Source of the DNA: Thermoanaerobaculia bacterium
GTDB lineage: Bacteria; Acidobacteriota; Thermoanaerobaculia; Multivoradales; UBA5704
Direction of reading: 5' to 3'
DNA: 64,000 bases
Assembly (NCBI GenBank): GCA_044226625.1
Contig: JBGAGQ010000010.1
Coordinates: forward strand, 69,813-133,812
Of this stretch, positions 40,926 through 50,851 are shown piece by piece. Below the pieces are notes generated by a model. The model did not search any database and was not told where the DNA came from. It saw only the letters and a list, made by a program, of their open reading frames with translations. How positions within the stretch are numbered: the first letter of the stretch is position 1; each line of letters opens with the position of its first letter. The position numbers and the translations under genes were made by a program.

Positions 40926-42442
40926 CAACTCGCCCCGGAGGCGGTTCGGTGGCGGGCGAGCAGCTTCTGCAGGTAGCTCCGGTGGAGCCCCGATTCTCGC
41001 GCCGCGCGCGAGACGTTCCCCTCCGTCCGGCGCATCAGCTCGGCGACGAAGCGGCGCTCGACCTCGGCGACGGCGGCCTCGCGCGCCTCGGCGAGGGCGG
41101 CGACCGAGAGCTCTCGGAAGACCGGTTCGGCCAGCGGCCCTTCGCCCGTCGCCTCGGCCATCTCGGGCGGCAGGTGATGCAGGTCCATCTCCGGCCCGCG
41201 GGCGAGCAGGCAGGCCCGTTCGATCGCGTGCGCCAGCTCCCGGACGTTGCCCGGGTAAGCATGGGCGAGGAGGGCGCGCTCGGCTCGGAAGGAGAAACGA
41301 GGCGTCTCGCCGGACCGCCGCCAATGAAGGCCGAGGAAGTGGTCGACGAGGAGCAGGAGATCCCCTCGGCGCTCGCGCAGCGGCGGCAGGGTCAGATCGA
41401 GCACTCGCAGGCGGAAGTAGAGATCCTCGCGGAATCGTCCCTCGCGCACCATCTGCTTCAAGTCGCGGTGAGTGGCGGCGACGATCCGCACGTCGACTCG
41501 CTCGACCTTGTCGGTGCCGAGCCGCTGGATCTCGCCGAACTGGAGGAAGCGGAGCAGTTTTGCCTGCGCTTCGAGCGCGATCTCGCCGATTTCGTCGAGG
41601 AAGAGCGTGCCGCCGTGGGCCGAGGCGAGGCGCCCGGTCCGGTCGCGCCGGGCGTCGGTGAAGGCGCCCGCGACGTGGCCGAACAGCTCGGATTCGAGCA
41701 GCATCCCCGGCAGCGCCGAACAGTGGACGACGACGAACGGCCGGCCGCGCCGGCCGCCGTTGACGTGGAGCGCCTTGGCGATCAGCTCCTTGCCGGTGCC
41801 GGTCTCGCCGAGCACGAGCACGGGCGCGTCCGCCGCGGCGACCTGGGCGACCGTTTCGAGGATGTCGATCATCCGCGGATCGCGGGTGACGATGCCGGCG
41901 AAGTCGTGCTGCGAGAAAAGGTCCCGTTCGAGCTCTCTCCGCCGGCGCTCGAGCATCTCGCGCTCGCTCGCCCGGAGCAGGAACAGGCCGGCGACCTCGG
42001 CGAGCTCGGCGAGCAGCGCGCGGCTGTCGCCGTCGAAGCCGTCCACTCGGGAGCGGTTCTCGAGGTAGAGGACGCCGTAAACCTCGCCGCCGTGACGGAG
42101 CGGAGCGACCAGGACCGAACAGGCGCCGATCAACAGAGCGCTCTCGCCCGAACGGAAGCGCTCGTCCTCGATCAGGTTCGGCAGGTAGATCCCCTTGCCG
42201 GTTTCGATCGCCTCGCGCACCAACGTCCGGCTGAACCGCCGCTCGAGGGCGGAACGCTCGGCGCGCTCGTAGCCGACGTCGAACTTCTGCCGGTACGAGC
42301 CCTCCTCACGCACGACGACGAACCCGGTCTCGGCCCCCGTCCGTTCGACGATGCGGGACAGGAGCAGCTCGGGCGCCCGCTCGTCGTCCGGCTCGGCAAG
42401 GAGGAGCTTGGCGATCTCAAACAGCTCGCGATCGAGATTCAT
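40925..42442 (-). CDS. GAF-domain sigma54-dependent transcriptional activator (Fis HTH)
   Basis: GETGTGKE, ESELFGH..GAFTDA, LFLDEIG, FREDLYFRL, PGNVREL, GNVSRAARESG. Confidence 0.95.
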   Translation of the reverse strand: MNLDRELFEIAKLLLAEPDDERAPELLLSRIVERTGAETGFVVVREEGSYRQKFDVGYERAERSALERRFSRTLVREAIETGKGIYLPNLIEDERFRSGESALLIGACSVLVAPLRHGGEVYGVLYLENRSRVDGFDGDSRALLAELAEVAGLFLLRASEREMLERRRRELERDLFSQHDFAGIVTRDPRMIDILETVAQVAAADAPVLVLGETGTGKELIAKALHVNGGRRGRPFVVVHCSALPGMLLESELFGHVAGAFTDARRDRTGRLASAHGGTLFLDEIGEIALEAQAKLLRFLQFGEIQRLGTDKVERVDVRIVAATHRDLKQMVREGRFREDLYFRLRVLDLTLPPLRERRGDLLLLVDHFLGLHWRRSGETPRFSFRAERALLAHAYPGNVRELAHAIERACLLARGPEMDLHHLPPEMAEATGEGPLAEPVFRELSVAALAEAREAAVAEVERRFVAELMRRTEGNVSRAARESGLHRSYLQKLLARHRTASGAS

Positions 42443-42622
42443 GGCCGGACCTGCCTCCGAGTGGCGGCACTGTCTCTGGGTTCAGGCGGATCTTAGTCGA
42501 ATCCGGCGGGCCCCGCTCCGTGGTGCCCTGTTTCGAGGGGGTGCCGCCCGTGGGCGGCAGGTCGGTTGCGATGACGGACGATAAGCCGTTTCGATCGAGC
42601 GACTTACGGCGGTCACTCGGGC

Positions 42623-42637
42623 TGGCACCGGGGCTGC
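42623..42637 (+). promoter_or_regulatory. Sigma54 -24/-12 promoter
   Basis: TGGCACCGGGGCTGC, about 90 nt upstream of ATG 42727. Confidence 0.6.
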
Positions 42638-42726
42638 TCTCTTCCCATGGCGTCGAAACGCTCCGCATCGTGCGGCGGCGGAAGATCCAAACGAAACCGT
42701 CCATCGAGTCACAGGAGAAGAAGGCC

Positions 42727-43125
42727 ATGGCCACCGAGACGATCAACACCGCGAAGTCCCTCGACCCTCAGCCGAACTACGAGTACTTGCAGGTGCAGGC
42801 CACGGTGAACAACTTCACCGGGTTGGAGATGAAGCTGACCGGCTCCGACCTCTCCTGGGGCAAGTGGATGAAGAGCCCGATCAACGTGCCCGCCTACGAC
42901 CAGGGCTCGTTCTCCTCGCAGGGGCGCGACTCCTCGCCGTCGGGCACGGAAGGCTGGGCGACCTGGACCCTCGGCACCGCCACGATCAAGGTCACGTTCT
43001 CCTCGCCCTTCTCCGGCTCGAACACCCAGACCATCACCTGCGATTCGAAGCAGTACGCCGTCTCGGCCAAGGGAACCGATGGCCACGTGAACAACGTGAC
43101 CTACACCATCAAGCCGGCAGCCTAG
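42727..43125 (+). CDS. Aegerolysin/Cry34-like beta-sandwich protein (132 aa)
   Basis: LSWGKW, GRDSSPSGTEG, SPFSGSN motifs; AGGAG RBS; no signal peptide. Confidence 0.75.
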   Translation: MATETINTAKSLDPQPNYEYLQVQATVNNFTGLEMKLTGSDLSWGKWMKSPINVPAYDQGSFSSQGRDSSPSGTEGWATWTLGTATIKVTFSSPFSGSNTQTITCDSKQYAVSAKGTDGHVNNVTYTIKPAA

Positions 43126-43289
43126 GTCGGCGGGAGGCCAACGATTCCACAGGGGATCCCGCCCCGACCCCGTCGTCGGGGCGTCTCCTCTTCCTCTGCC
43201 GATTCGTTGCCATCCAGAATCCCGCGTTGTCTCTCTCGCCGCCGCGCGTGCACTCCTTCCCTGTAACGGTTCCCTCAAGGAGGCTCGCC

Positions 43290-46200
43290 ATGAGCGGTCG
43301 GGTTTGCGCGTCTGTCCTTTCCCTGTCGCTGGTCTTTACGATCCCCGTTTTTGGATCTTCGGATCGAGACTTCGTGCCCTACCCGTCGCGCCTGCCGCGG
43401 GCTCAGGTGGAGGCGAGCGTTCATGCCGATGTCGGCCGCACCCTCTCGGCCTCGCACTACAGCTTGAGGTCGGGGCTCGAGGCCCGGCTCCTGGTGAGCA
43501 ACCAGGGGCCGCACCCGATGTCCGTCGAGGTCCGGCTTTTCAATCGCGCGGGATCGGCGCGCGATCTCGCGCCGATCAGGCTAGCGGCCGAGGAAGCGCG
43601 CGAGCTCAACCTGCGCGATTTCGTTCGCGCGGAATCCGCATGGGGCGAAGGAAGTCTTGAAGTCCACTATCAGGGCAAGAATCTGGAGCTCGGCGGCGTG
43701 CTGACGTCGGTTGACGCCGCCCGAAGCCTGATCTTCGACGAGGAGCTTGCCGAGACCGCGACCCAGTTCGAATCGTCGCGGCTCGAAGGGGTCTGGTGGG
43801 CGCCTTCGCCGGCCGCCGAGCTCACGTTGGCTCTCGCCAATACGACCGATCTGTCACTCGCGGTCGAGATCGATCTCTCGGGCCGGACCTCGCGGCGGGG
43901 CGGCCCCTTGGTGATCGAGCTCGCGCCGCACGCTTCGCGGGTCTTTTCGTATGCCGAGCTGCTCGGCCGGCCCGACCGCACGCTGCCGCGAATCGGTGGG
44001 ATCTCGCTCGCGCACTCCGGCGCGCCCGGCGCGCTCCTCGCTCGCGCGTTCGTCCAGGAGCCTGGCCTCGGCTATTCCGATTCGATCGAGCTCGGCGATC
44101 CCGCGCGGGCGCGGTCGTCGATCCTCGAAGGCGCGGGGCTCCGGCTCGGCCGGATCGGACGCGGACGAGGCTCGCTCAAGCCCGCGCTCGCCGTCCGGAA
44201 CGTCACCGATCGCCCGGTCGTAGTCACCGGCCGCATCCCGGTCATTACGCGCGGTGGCGAGGAAGGCGCGATCGCCCTTCCGGTGGTGCGGCTCGCGGCG
44301 CGGGAGGTCCGGGAGATCGAGCTCGCGGATCTCCTCGACCCGCGCCTGCTGCGTGGCTCGACCGCCTCGGGGCTCGAGCTGGAGTACGACGGCCCGCCCG
44401 GAAGCGTTGTGGCTCGGGCGCTCACGGTGAGCACCGGGGGAACCGACGTCTTTCGCTTGCCGTTGGTCGACGCTGCGCGAGCGAGCGCGACCGGAATCTA
44501 TCCGTTCCGCCTCGACGGCGCCCAGACCGCGCGGGTCTATATCAAGAATGCGACGGCGGAGCCTCGCGATTACACGCTCTCCATCTCCTATCCCGGCGGT
44601 TCGTATGTGCTCGGCCTGTCGACCCTGGGACCGCGCCAGACGATAGCCCTCGACCTCAAGGAGCTGCGCGATCGGCAGCTGCCGGACGTCTATGGCCATC
44701 CGATCCCGCGCGAGGTGACGGCAGGCAAGGTGCATTGGTCGATGAGAGGGGGCGCTCAACACGCGCTGATCGGGCGGATCGAGCAGGCCGACCTGGTGCA
44801 CGGCCTGAGCCTCACCGCATCGTGCGGCGCCTGCTGCCCCGACAGTCAGATCGACGCCTTCATCGACCCGGGATCGGCGAGCGGCTACACGGGCGAGACC
44901 ACGCGATTTCGGATGTACCTCGCCGAGCGTAACTGCTTCGGTAGCTACCTCCCGTGGTACCCCGTGCCGTTCTCGTTCTATTCGTCGACCAACCCGATGG
45001 TGGCGACCGTCGACAACAGTGGGCTCGCCCGTGCCGTGGGGCCGGGCACAACGCTGATCCAGACGACGGCCTACGGCGACTCTTACTCCAACTGCGCGGC
45101 AGAGGCCGCGAACGAGGAGTATTGCTGCGATGCGACGCCGGTCGCGTTCCCTTGCGAGGCCGAGTACCAGGTCACCCCGCGGATCGAAATCGAGATCGCG
45201 AAGACCCCGGCGCAGAACGACGACGTCGTTCTGCTTCAGAGTACGGTGCCGGTTCACCGCAACAAGGTCACGGCGCGAGCACGAGCGGTCGGGAATCCGA
45301 CCGAGAACGTCACCGCTGTGCTCACCAACCCCGACGGGCGCCTGCGTTTCCCCGACGTCGGAAACGCCACGGCCACTCTCACGCTCCCGGCCTCCGGAGC
45401 GTGGGTCGACTTCGAGATCTCGGGAGAGAGCGCGAGCTCGGTCAAGGACGATGCGATCGTCGAAGCCCACTGCAACTCGGCGACCGGTCCGCTCTGCGGA
45501 TCGGAGAAGATGACCGTGTTCACGTTCGATTCCGCGAGCATCCAGGTGACCGCGGTGGGGAGCTATCCGCAGCAAGCGCCGCCGGTCGGCGGTGTTTACA
45601 TCACCAGCGGACTCGAACATACGGTGAACTTCGAAGCGCAGGCGTCGATTCGGCCCTCCGGGCTCGACTGCACGGTCGCGCCGATCAAGAACTTGCGGGT
45701 CGGAGTGATGCAAAACCTTGAGGGGTCAACCTACTCTTACCGGGTGTCAGACCCAGAATTCCGCTTCACGGACGAGGCCATTCCCGGGGATACGGCTTCG
45801 TTCCCGGAAGCCGTGGAGTCGAGGCTCGTTCATCCGGCGAAATACAACGACGCAGTGCCCGGCAGCGCGCCGCTCTACGATGGCCCAGGAGCGTTCCCGG
45901 TGATCGGCGGCGCCAACTCGCAAGTTCTCCCGGGTGGTTGTGGTCAGGCGTCCCCCCCGAAGGCGACGACGTCAGATACGCCGTCCTTGGAAGGACTCTT
46001 GATTACCGTGCGGTCCTTGCGGCCGGGTACAACCGTCCAGATAGGGACCGCGAGCTATCGCAACGTCGACTGGGTGCACTTGATGGCGTCGTTCCGTACC
46101 TGGGCGGCGATCCTCGACGTAGCCACCGGCGAGCTCACTTTGGTTCGCGAAACGACCTGGAATCTCGACGTTTCCAGTAACGGTACGACTCCTCAGAAGG

Positions 46201-46322
46201 CATCGCCGTCTTCCACCTCCGGAATCGCGTCGACCCTGCCGGTGATCGATCCTCCTTACGCCTCGACGCCGGTCACGCCGCAAAGGATCCCGATCGGAAC
46301 GATGACCGTAACGAAGCACTGA
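43290..46322 (+). CDS. Large secreted beta-rich protein with Ig-like (Big_2-like) segment
   Basis: AAGGAGG RBS, signal peptide, SSTNPMVATVDNSGLARAVGPG, Cys clusters. Confidence 0.75.
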   Translation: MSGRVCASVLSLSLVFTIPVFGSSDRDFVPYPSRLPRAQVEASVHADVGRTLSASHYSLRSGLEARLLVSNQGPHPMSVEVRLFNRAGSARDLAPIRLAAEEARELNLRDFVRAESAWGEGSLEVHYQGKNLELGGVLTSVDAARSLIFDEELAETATQFESSRLEGVWWAPSPAAELTLALANTTDLSLAVEIDLSGRTSRRGGPLVIELAPHASRVFSYAELLGRPDRTLPRIGGISLAHSGAPGALLARAFVQEPGLGYSDSIELGDPARARSSILEGAGLRLGRIGRGRGSLKPALAVRNVTDRPVVVTGRIPVITRGGEEGAIALPVVRLAAREVREIELADLLDPRLLRGSTASGLELEYDGPPGSVVARALTVSTGGTDVFRLPLVDAARASATGIYPFRLDGAQTARVYIKNATAEPRDYTLSISYPGGSYVLGLSTLGPRQTIALDLKELRDRQLPDVYGHPIPREVTAGKVHWSMRGGAQHALIGRIEQADLVHGLSLTASCGACCPDSQIDAFIDPGSASGYTGETTRFRMYLAERNCFGSYLPWYPVPFSFYSSTNPMVATVDNSGLARAVGPGTTLIQTTAYGDSYSNCAAEAANEEYCCDATPVAFPCEAEYQVTPRIEIEIAKTPAQNDDVVLLQSTVPVHRNKVTARARAVGNPTENVTAVLTNPDGRLRFPDVGNATATLTLPASGAWVDFEISGESASSVKDDAIVEAHCNSATGPLCGSEKMTVFTFDSASIQVTAVGSYPQQAPPVGGVYITSGLEHTVNFEAQASIRPSGLDCTVAPIKNLRVGVMQNLEGSTYSYRVSDPEFRFTDEAIPGDTASFPEAVESRLVHPAKYNDAVPGSAPLYDGPGAFPVIGGANSQVLPGGCGQASPPKATTSDTPSLEGLLITVRSLRPGTTVQIGTASYRNVDWVHLMASFRTWAAILDVATGELTLVRETTWNLDVSSNGTTPQKASPSSTSGIASTLPVIDPPYASTPVTPQRIPIGTMTVTKH

Positions 46323-46421
46323 TCCCACCGCCGACCCTGGCGGGTTGTCCCGGCTTTCGTTCGATCGAACCGGCGATTCACTACACTCCCGACGAACGAC
46401 CACCGCGGGAGGCCGGCCGCC

Positions 46422-46958
46422 TTGAATCGAATCCCGGAAGGATCGCCGGAACATCCGGTTGATCAGCTGATGCCTTTGATCTACGAGGAGCTGCGCCGGC
46501 TCGCGGCGAAGGTCCTCGAGCGGTCGGAGGAGCGGGTGGTCCAGCCGACCAGTCTGGTGCACGAGACCTACCTCCGGTTGCTCGACCAGCGCAAGGTTGA
46601 TTGGAACGACCGCGCCCATTTCTTCCGGGTGGCGGCGCGCGTGATGCGCCGGGTGTTGGTGGACGCTTATCGGACCCGCAACGCGAAGAAGCGGGGCGGC
46701 GACGTGCGGATCACGCTGCTCGACGCGGCGGCGGATCAACCCGACGAGACGGTCGACGTCCAGGCGCTCGACGACGTGCTCTCCGAGCTCGCTCAGGCGG
46801 CTCCTGTTCAGGCCTCGATCGTCGAGCTGCGCTATTTCGCGGGCTTCACCATAGAGGAGACGGCCGTCGCGCTCGGGATCGGCTCGGCGACCGTCAAGCG
46901 CGACTGGGCGCTCGCCAAGGCGTGGATCTTCCTCCGCCTCACCGGCCGGCCGATGTAG
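46422..46958 (+). CDS. ECF sigma factor, kinase-associated (ECF43-like)
   Basis: LIYEELRRLA, QPTSLVHETYLRL, VELRYFAG, TVKRDWALAKAW. Confidence 0.92.
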   Translation: MNRIPEGSPEHPVDQLMPLIYEELRRLAAKVLERSEERVVQPTSLVHETYLRLLDQRKVDWNDRAHFFRVAARVMRRVLVDAYRTRNAKKRGGDVRITLLDAAADQPDETVDVQALDDVLSELAQAAPVQASIVELRYFAGFTIEETAVALGIGSATVKRDWALAKAWIFLRLTGRPM

Positions 46959-47021
46959 TGTGCCGGCCGGGAGCGGCCGCCCGGACGGTTCGAGCCGAGG
47001 GCGCCGAGAAAGCCGATCCGT

Positions 47022-49868
47022 ATGGACCTGGACAACTGGGAGCGGGTGCGGGAGCTGTTTCACCGCGCCCAAGAGATTCCGCGCGGCGACCGGGCGGCAT
47101 GGCTTGCCGTCGCGTGCGACGGCGAGGAGGAGATCCGCGCCCAGCTCGAAGCGTTGCTCGCCGCCTCGGATCGAGCGGGCGATTTTCTCGAAGAAGGCGT
47201 CGCCGCGGCGCTGCCGGAGATCGAGGCGCTCCGTCCGGGGGCGTTGGTCGGTAGCCGGCTCGGTCCCTACCGGCTGACCGAAGAGATCGGCCGCGGGGGG
47301 ATGGGGACGGTCTACGCCGGAGTCCGCGACGACGCGAGCTTCACGCAAGAGGTCGCGATCAAGCTCATCCGGCGCGGCATGGATACGGACGACATCCTGC
47401 GCCGCTTCCTGGTCGAGCGCCAGATTCTGGCGACGCTCGTCCACCCGAACATCGCGCGCCTCCTGGACGGCGGCTCGACGGAAGACGGCCGCCCCTATTT
47501 CGTAATGGAGAGGATCGCGGGCCGGCCGATCGTCGAGCACTGTCGCGAGCGCGGCCTCTCCCTAGAGAAGACGCTTCGTCTGTTCGTCGAGGTTGCCCGC
47601 GCGGTCCAGTTCGCTCACCAACACCTGGTGGTCCATCGGGACCTGAAGCCGGCCAACGTCCTGGTCGGCGACGACGGCGCGCCGAAGCTCCTCGACTTCG
47701 GGATCGCGAAGCTCCTGACGCCGACGGCCGTGGGAGCGACGATCGACGGAAGCCGCCCTCGGACCCCCGATTACGCGAGCCCCGAGCAGATCGCGGGCGG
47801 ACCGATCACGACGGCGACCGACGTCTTCGGGCTCGGGCTATTGCTCCACGAACTGATCGTCGGCTCGACGCCCGCGGCAGAGGGTCCGGGCCGCCCGCAC
47901 GCGCCGAGCCGCGCTCTCCGAGAAGCGGGCGCGCTGAGGCTCGCGCGGCGCGTGGCGGGCGACCTCGACACGATCGTCGGCAAGGCGCTCGAGACCGATC
48001 CGGCGCGGCGCTACGCATCGGCCGCCGACCTCGCGGACGACGTCGAGCGGTTCCTGGCGCTCCGGCCGATCGAGGCCCGCCGGCCGACCGCGGCCTATCG
48101 GCTCGGCTCGTTCGTGCGGCGGAACAAGCTAGCGTCCAGCGCGGCGGCGGCGTTGCTCGGTCTCCTCGGCGTTGCTGCTGCGCAGGCGATCGCGCTCGCC
48201 CGGGAGCGGGCGCACGTCGAGCGCGAGAGCCGCCGGGCCGAGTCGCAGCTGCGCTATCTGATCGACCTGTTCAAGGTCGCCGATCCGGAGACGAACCGGG
48301 GCGCCACGGTGACCGTGCGCGAGCTGCTCGACGCCGGGGCGCAACTCCTTCTGGACGAGCGCCGGACCCCCCTCCTTCCGGGCGCCGGCGAGAGGTTCGC
48401 CGGCCAACCGGAGAGCCGGGCCGACCTGCTCGATGCGGTGGGGGAGATCTATCTGAACCTCGGGCGCACCGAGGAATCCGCGGCGGCGCTCGAGCGATCG
48501 CTCTCGCTGCGAAGCGTAGGGGCGGATCGCGAGGGGGCCCTCGACCGGGCGCAGACCTCCTTGCTGCTCGCCTCGGTTCGCCGAGAGCAAGGGGATTTCA
48601 AGGCCGCCGAGCGCCTGCTCTCCAATACCCTGACGGTGCGCGAGCGGTACCTCGGCGGAGATTCGCTGGCGGTCGCCGAGTGCCTGGCCGAATGGGGATG
48701 GCTCGACCAACTGCGAGGCGATCCCGACGCGGCCGACCGGCATCTATCCCGCGCGATCATCATCCAGCGGCGGGCGGGTTCGGCCGGAGAGCTGGCGCTC
48801 GCCGCGAGCCTCTCGAGCCTTGCCACGGTCGAGGTCGGGCGCGAGCGCCCCGAGCGCGCCCGGATGTGGGTCGACGAATCGCGCGCAATCCACCACCGCC
48901 GGCTGGGAGACGACCATCCGCGGACCGCCACCGACCTTACGAACCTGGCCGGGCTCTACTATCGCCAGGGCCAATACGAGGAGGCGGAAAAGGCGATCCG
49001 CGAGGCGCTCGCGCTGCGGCGCCGCCTGCTCGGCGCCCGCCATCCGGAGGTGGCCGAGGCGCTCGTGAGCCTCTCGGCGGTCGAGGAGAAACGAGGCGAC
49101 CTCGCCGCCGCCGAGGCGCGGGTGCGCGAGGCGCTCGCGATCTTTCGCGCACCGAGCCTCGAGAACCACCCGTCCCTTCCTGCCGCGCTCCTGAACCTCG
49201 CGGCGATCCTCGCCAAGCGGCGGGAGTTTCCGGAAGCCGACGCGCTGCTCGATGAGGCGATCGCCGCCTACACCCGACAGGAGGGGGACGAGAGCCCCGG
49301 AATCGCTACCTGCTGGAACAACCGGGCGAAGATTCGCAAGGACGTGGGCGATTTTCAGGGTGCCGAGGCGTTGTTCCGCCGTGCGCTGTCCCGTTGGCGC
49401 GAGGCGTTCGGCGAAGAGCATCCGAAGGTAGCGCTCGCGAAGAACGGCCTCGCCGGCGCGCTCCAGGCCCAGGGGCGATTCGCCGAGGCCGAGGCCGAAT
49501 ACCGCCAGGCGCTCGCCCTGCGGCGCAAGCTGCTCGGGCCCGAGAACCCGGAGGTCGCCTTCTCCCTGGTGGGTCTCGGGGCGGTCCTGGTGCAGCAAGG
49601 CCAGGCTTCCGAGGCCGAGCCGCTTCTAGTCGAGGCGCTCGATCTCCGTCGCCGCGCGCTTCCCGCGGGCGATGCGCTGATCGGCATCGCGCAGGGGACG
49701 CTGGGCGACTGCGGCGCGGCGCTCGGCCGGCCCGCCGAAGCGCGAGCCCTCTGGCAATCGAGCGAACGGATCCTTTCGGCCGCCTGGGGAGCGGACCATC
49801 CCGAGACGCGGCGGATGCGGGAGCGGCTGGCCGCGCGGAGTCCCACGATCGTCGGCTCGCGACACTGA
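47022..49868 (+). CDS. Membrane Ser/Thr kinase with TPRs
   Basis: GRGGMG, VAIK, HRDLKPAN, DFG, YASPEQ, TM, LGxDHP-type TPRs. Confidence 0.95.
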   Translation: MDLDNWERVRELFHRAQEIPRGDRAAWLAVACDGEEEIRAQLEALLAASDRAGDFLEEGVAAALPEIEALRPGALVGSRLGPYRLTEEIGRGGMGTVYAGVRDDASFTQEVAIKLIRRGMDTDDILRRFLVERQILATLVHPNIARLLDGGSTEDGRPYFVMERIAGRPIVEHCRERGLSLEKTLRLFVEVARAVQFAHQHLVVHRDLKPANVLVGDDGAPKLLDFGIAKLLTPTAVGATIDGSRPRTPDYASPEQIAGGPITTATDVFGLGLLLHELIVGSTPAAEGPGRPHAPSRALREAGALRLARRVAGDLDTIVGKALETDPARRYASAADLADDVERFLALRPIEARRPTAAYRLGSFVRRNKLASSAAAALLGLLGVAAAQAIALARERAHVERESRRAESQLRYLIDLFKVADPETNRGATVTVRELLDAGAQLLLDERRTPLLPGAGERFAGQPESRADLLDAVGEIYLNLGRTEESAAALERSLSLRSVGADREGALDRAQTSLLLASVRREQGDFKAAERLLSNTLTVRERYLGGDSLAVAECLAEWGWLDQLRGDPDAADRHLSRAIIIQRRAGSAGELALAASLSSLATVEVGRERPERARMWVDESRAIHHRRLGDDHPRTATDLTNLAGLYYRQGQYEEAEKAIREALALRRRLLGARHPEVAEALVSLSAVEEKRGDLAAAEARVREALAIFRAPSLENHPSLPAALLNLAAILAKRREFPEADALLDEAIAAYTRQEGDESPGIATCWNNRAKIRKDVGDFQGAEALFRRALSRWREAFGEEHPKVALAKNGLAGALQAQGRFAEAEAEYRQALALRRKLLGPENPEVAFSLVGLGAVLVQQGQASEAEPLLVEALDLRRRALPAGDALIGIAQGTLGDCGAALGRPAEARALWQSSERILSAAWGADHPETRRMRERLAARSPTIVGSRH

Positions 49869-49881
49869 GCAGAGGCTCCCC

Positions 49882-49910
49882 TGATCCAAACGGGGATCCC
49901 GTTTACGCGT
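49882..49910 (+). promoter_or_regulatory. Putative ECF promoter, motif A
   Basis: TGATCCAAA-N8-CCGTTTACGCGT; near-identical copy at 50756. Confidence 0.6.
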
Positions 49911-49964
49911 CATCGAGGAGGCTCATCGACCCGGCCGGAGACCTCCGGCCATGGAGGAATCCTC

Positions 49965-50702
49965 ATGCTCAGACGTCTGCATGGGTTCGTGTCGTTTCTC
50001 GCCCTTGGATTTCTTGGTGCCGTCCCGGCGGTCGCCGGGGTGGATCTCTCCGGGCTGACCTCGATGTCGATGGTCGAAAGCCCCTCCTCCCTGCTCGGAC
50101 TCGATCTCAAAGCGCTCGAATGGGAGGTTTGCGGCGTCGCGAGCGAAACGATCCGCGGCACCGTGCTGGTGATCGCGAGCGACGGCGGCGGCAATTCGGG
50201 AGACCACAGCACGCTCGCGGTCGAAGTGGTGGGGCAGGAGGTCGGGCCGATCGCCGGAACGGTGTTCGCCTCGGTGAGGCCGGTCGATTTCGAGCTCCTG
50301 GGCGGCGCGCCGATCGTGCTGTCCTGCGGGAGCTTCAGCTACGTCGTCGTCCTCAATCGACTGGCGGTGCAGCCCATCTCGGTGCTCACGTTGGTCGCGG
50401 GCAATCCCAAGGGCACCTATGGCACCTGCGCTGGCAACCTCGCGATCGCGGCGATGCTCGTGCTCACGCGCCTTACGCCGCCTTACGAAACCTGGAGCCT
50501 GCCGCGCTCGCTCACGCTCGAGGTCGCCGGTCACTGGGCATTGTCGCTTCCAGCCCCCGGCGGGAGGAGCCCCTTGGCCCTGCTCGCCGCTCCGCTGGGG
50601 GGCCGGGTGGTGCCCTGGGCCGAGTGCTTGTCCGTCTCCGGCGAGCCCGGGACCAGCCTCTGCTTCGCGGGCGACCTTCCACTGGCGCCTCCCGTGGAGT
50701 GA
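49965..50702 (+). CDS. Secreted hypothetical protein, paralog of 55995..56831
   Basis: GGAGG RBS, signal peptide, four aligned Cys shared with the paralog. Confidence 0.75.
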   Translation: MLRRLHGFVSFLALGFLGAVPAVAGVDLSGLTSMSMVESPSSLLGLDLKALEWEVCGVASETIRGTVLVIASDGGGNSGDHSTLAVEVVGQEVGPIAGTVFASVRPVDFELLGGAPIVLSCGSFSYVVVLNRLAVQPISVLTLVAGNPKGTYGTCAGNLAIAAMLVLTRLTPPYETWSLPRSLTLEVAGHWALSLPAPGGRSPLALLAAPLGGRVVPWAECLSVSGEPGTSLCFAGDLPLAPPVE

Positions 50703-50714
50703 CGTTCCAGAGCC

Positions 50715-50747
50715 GGGAAAGGGCGGAGCGAGGCTTCGCCCTTTTTT
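50715..50747 (+). terminator. Intrinsic terminator
   Basis: AAAGGGCGGAGC-GAG-GCTTCGCCCTTTTTT. Confidence 0.75.
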
Positions 50748-50755
50748 CCCACCGC

Positions 50756-50784
50756 TGATCCAAAACGCTCTTCCGTTTCCGCGT
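50756..50784 (+). promoter_or_regulatory. Putative ECF promoter, motif A
   Basis: TGATCCAAA-N8-CCGTTTCCGCGT just after the terminator, 67 nt before ATG 50852. Confidence 0.6.
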
Positions 50785-50851
50785 AGTCGGTCGGTCCGCG
50801 GTCCAGCACCGCGGAGCGTAAGGTCACTACGCCTCAATAGGAGAGCGCCCG

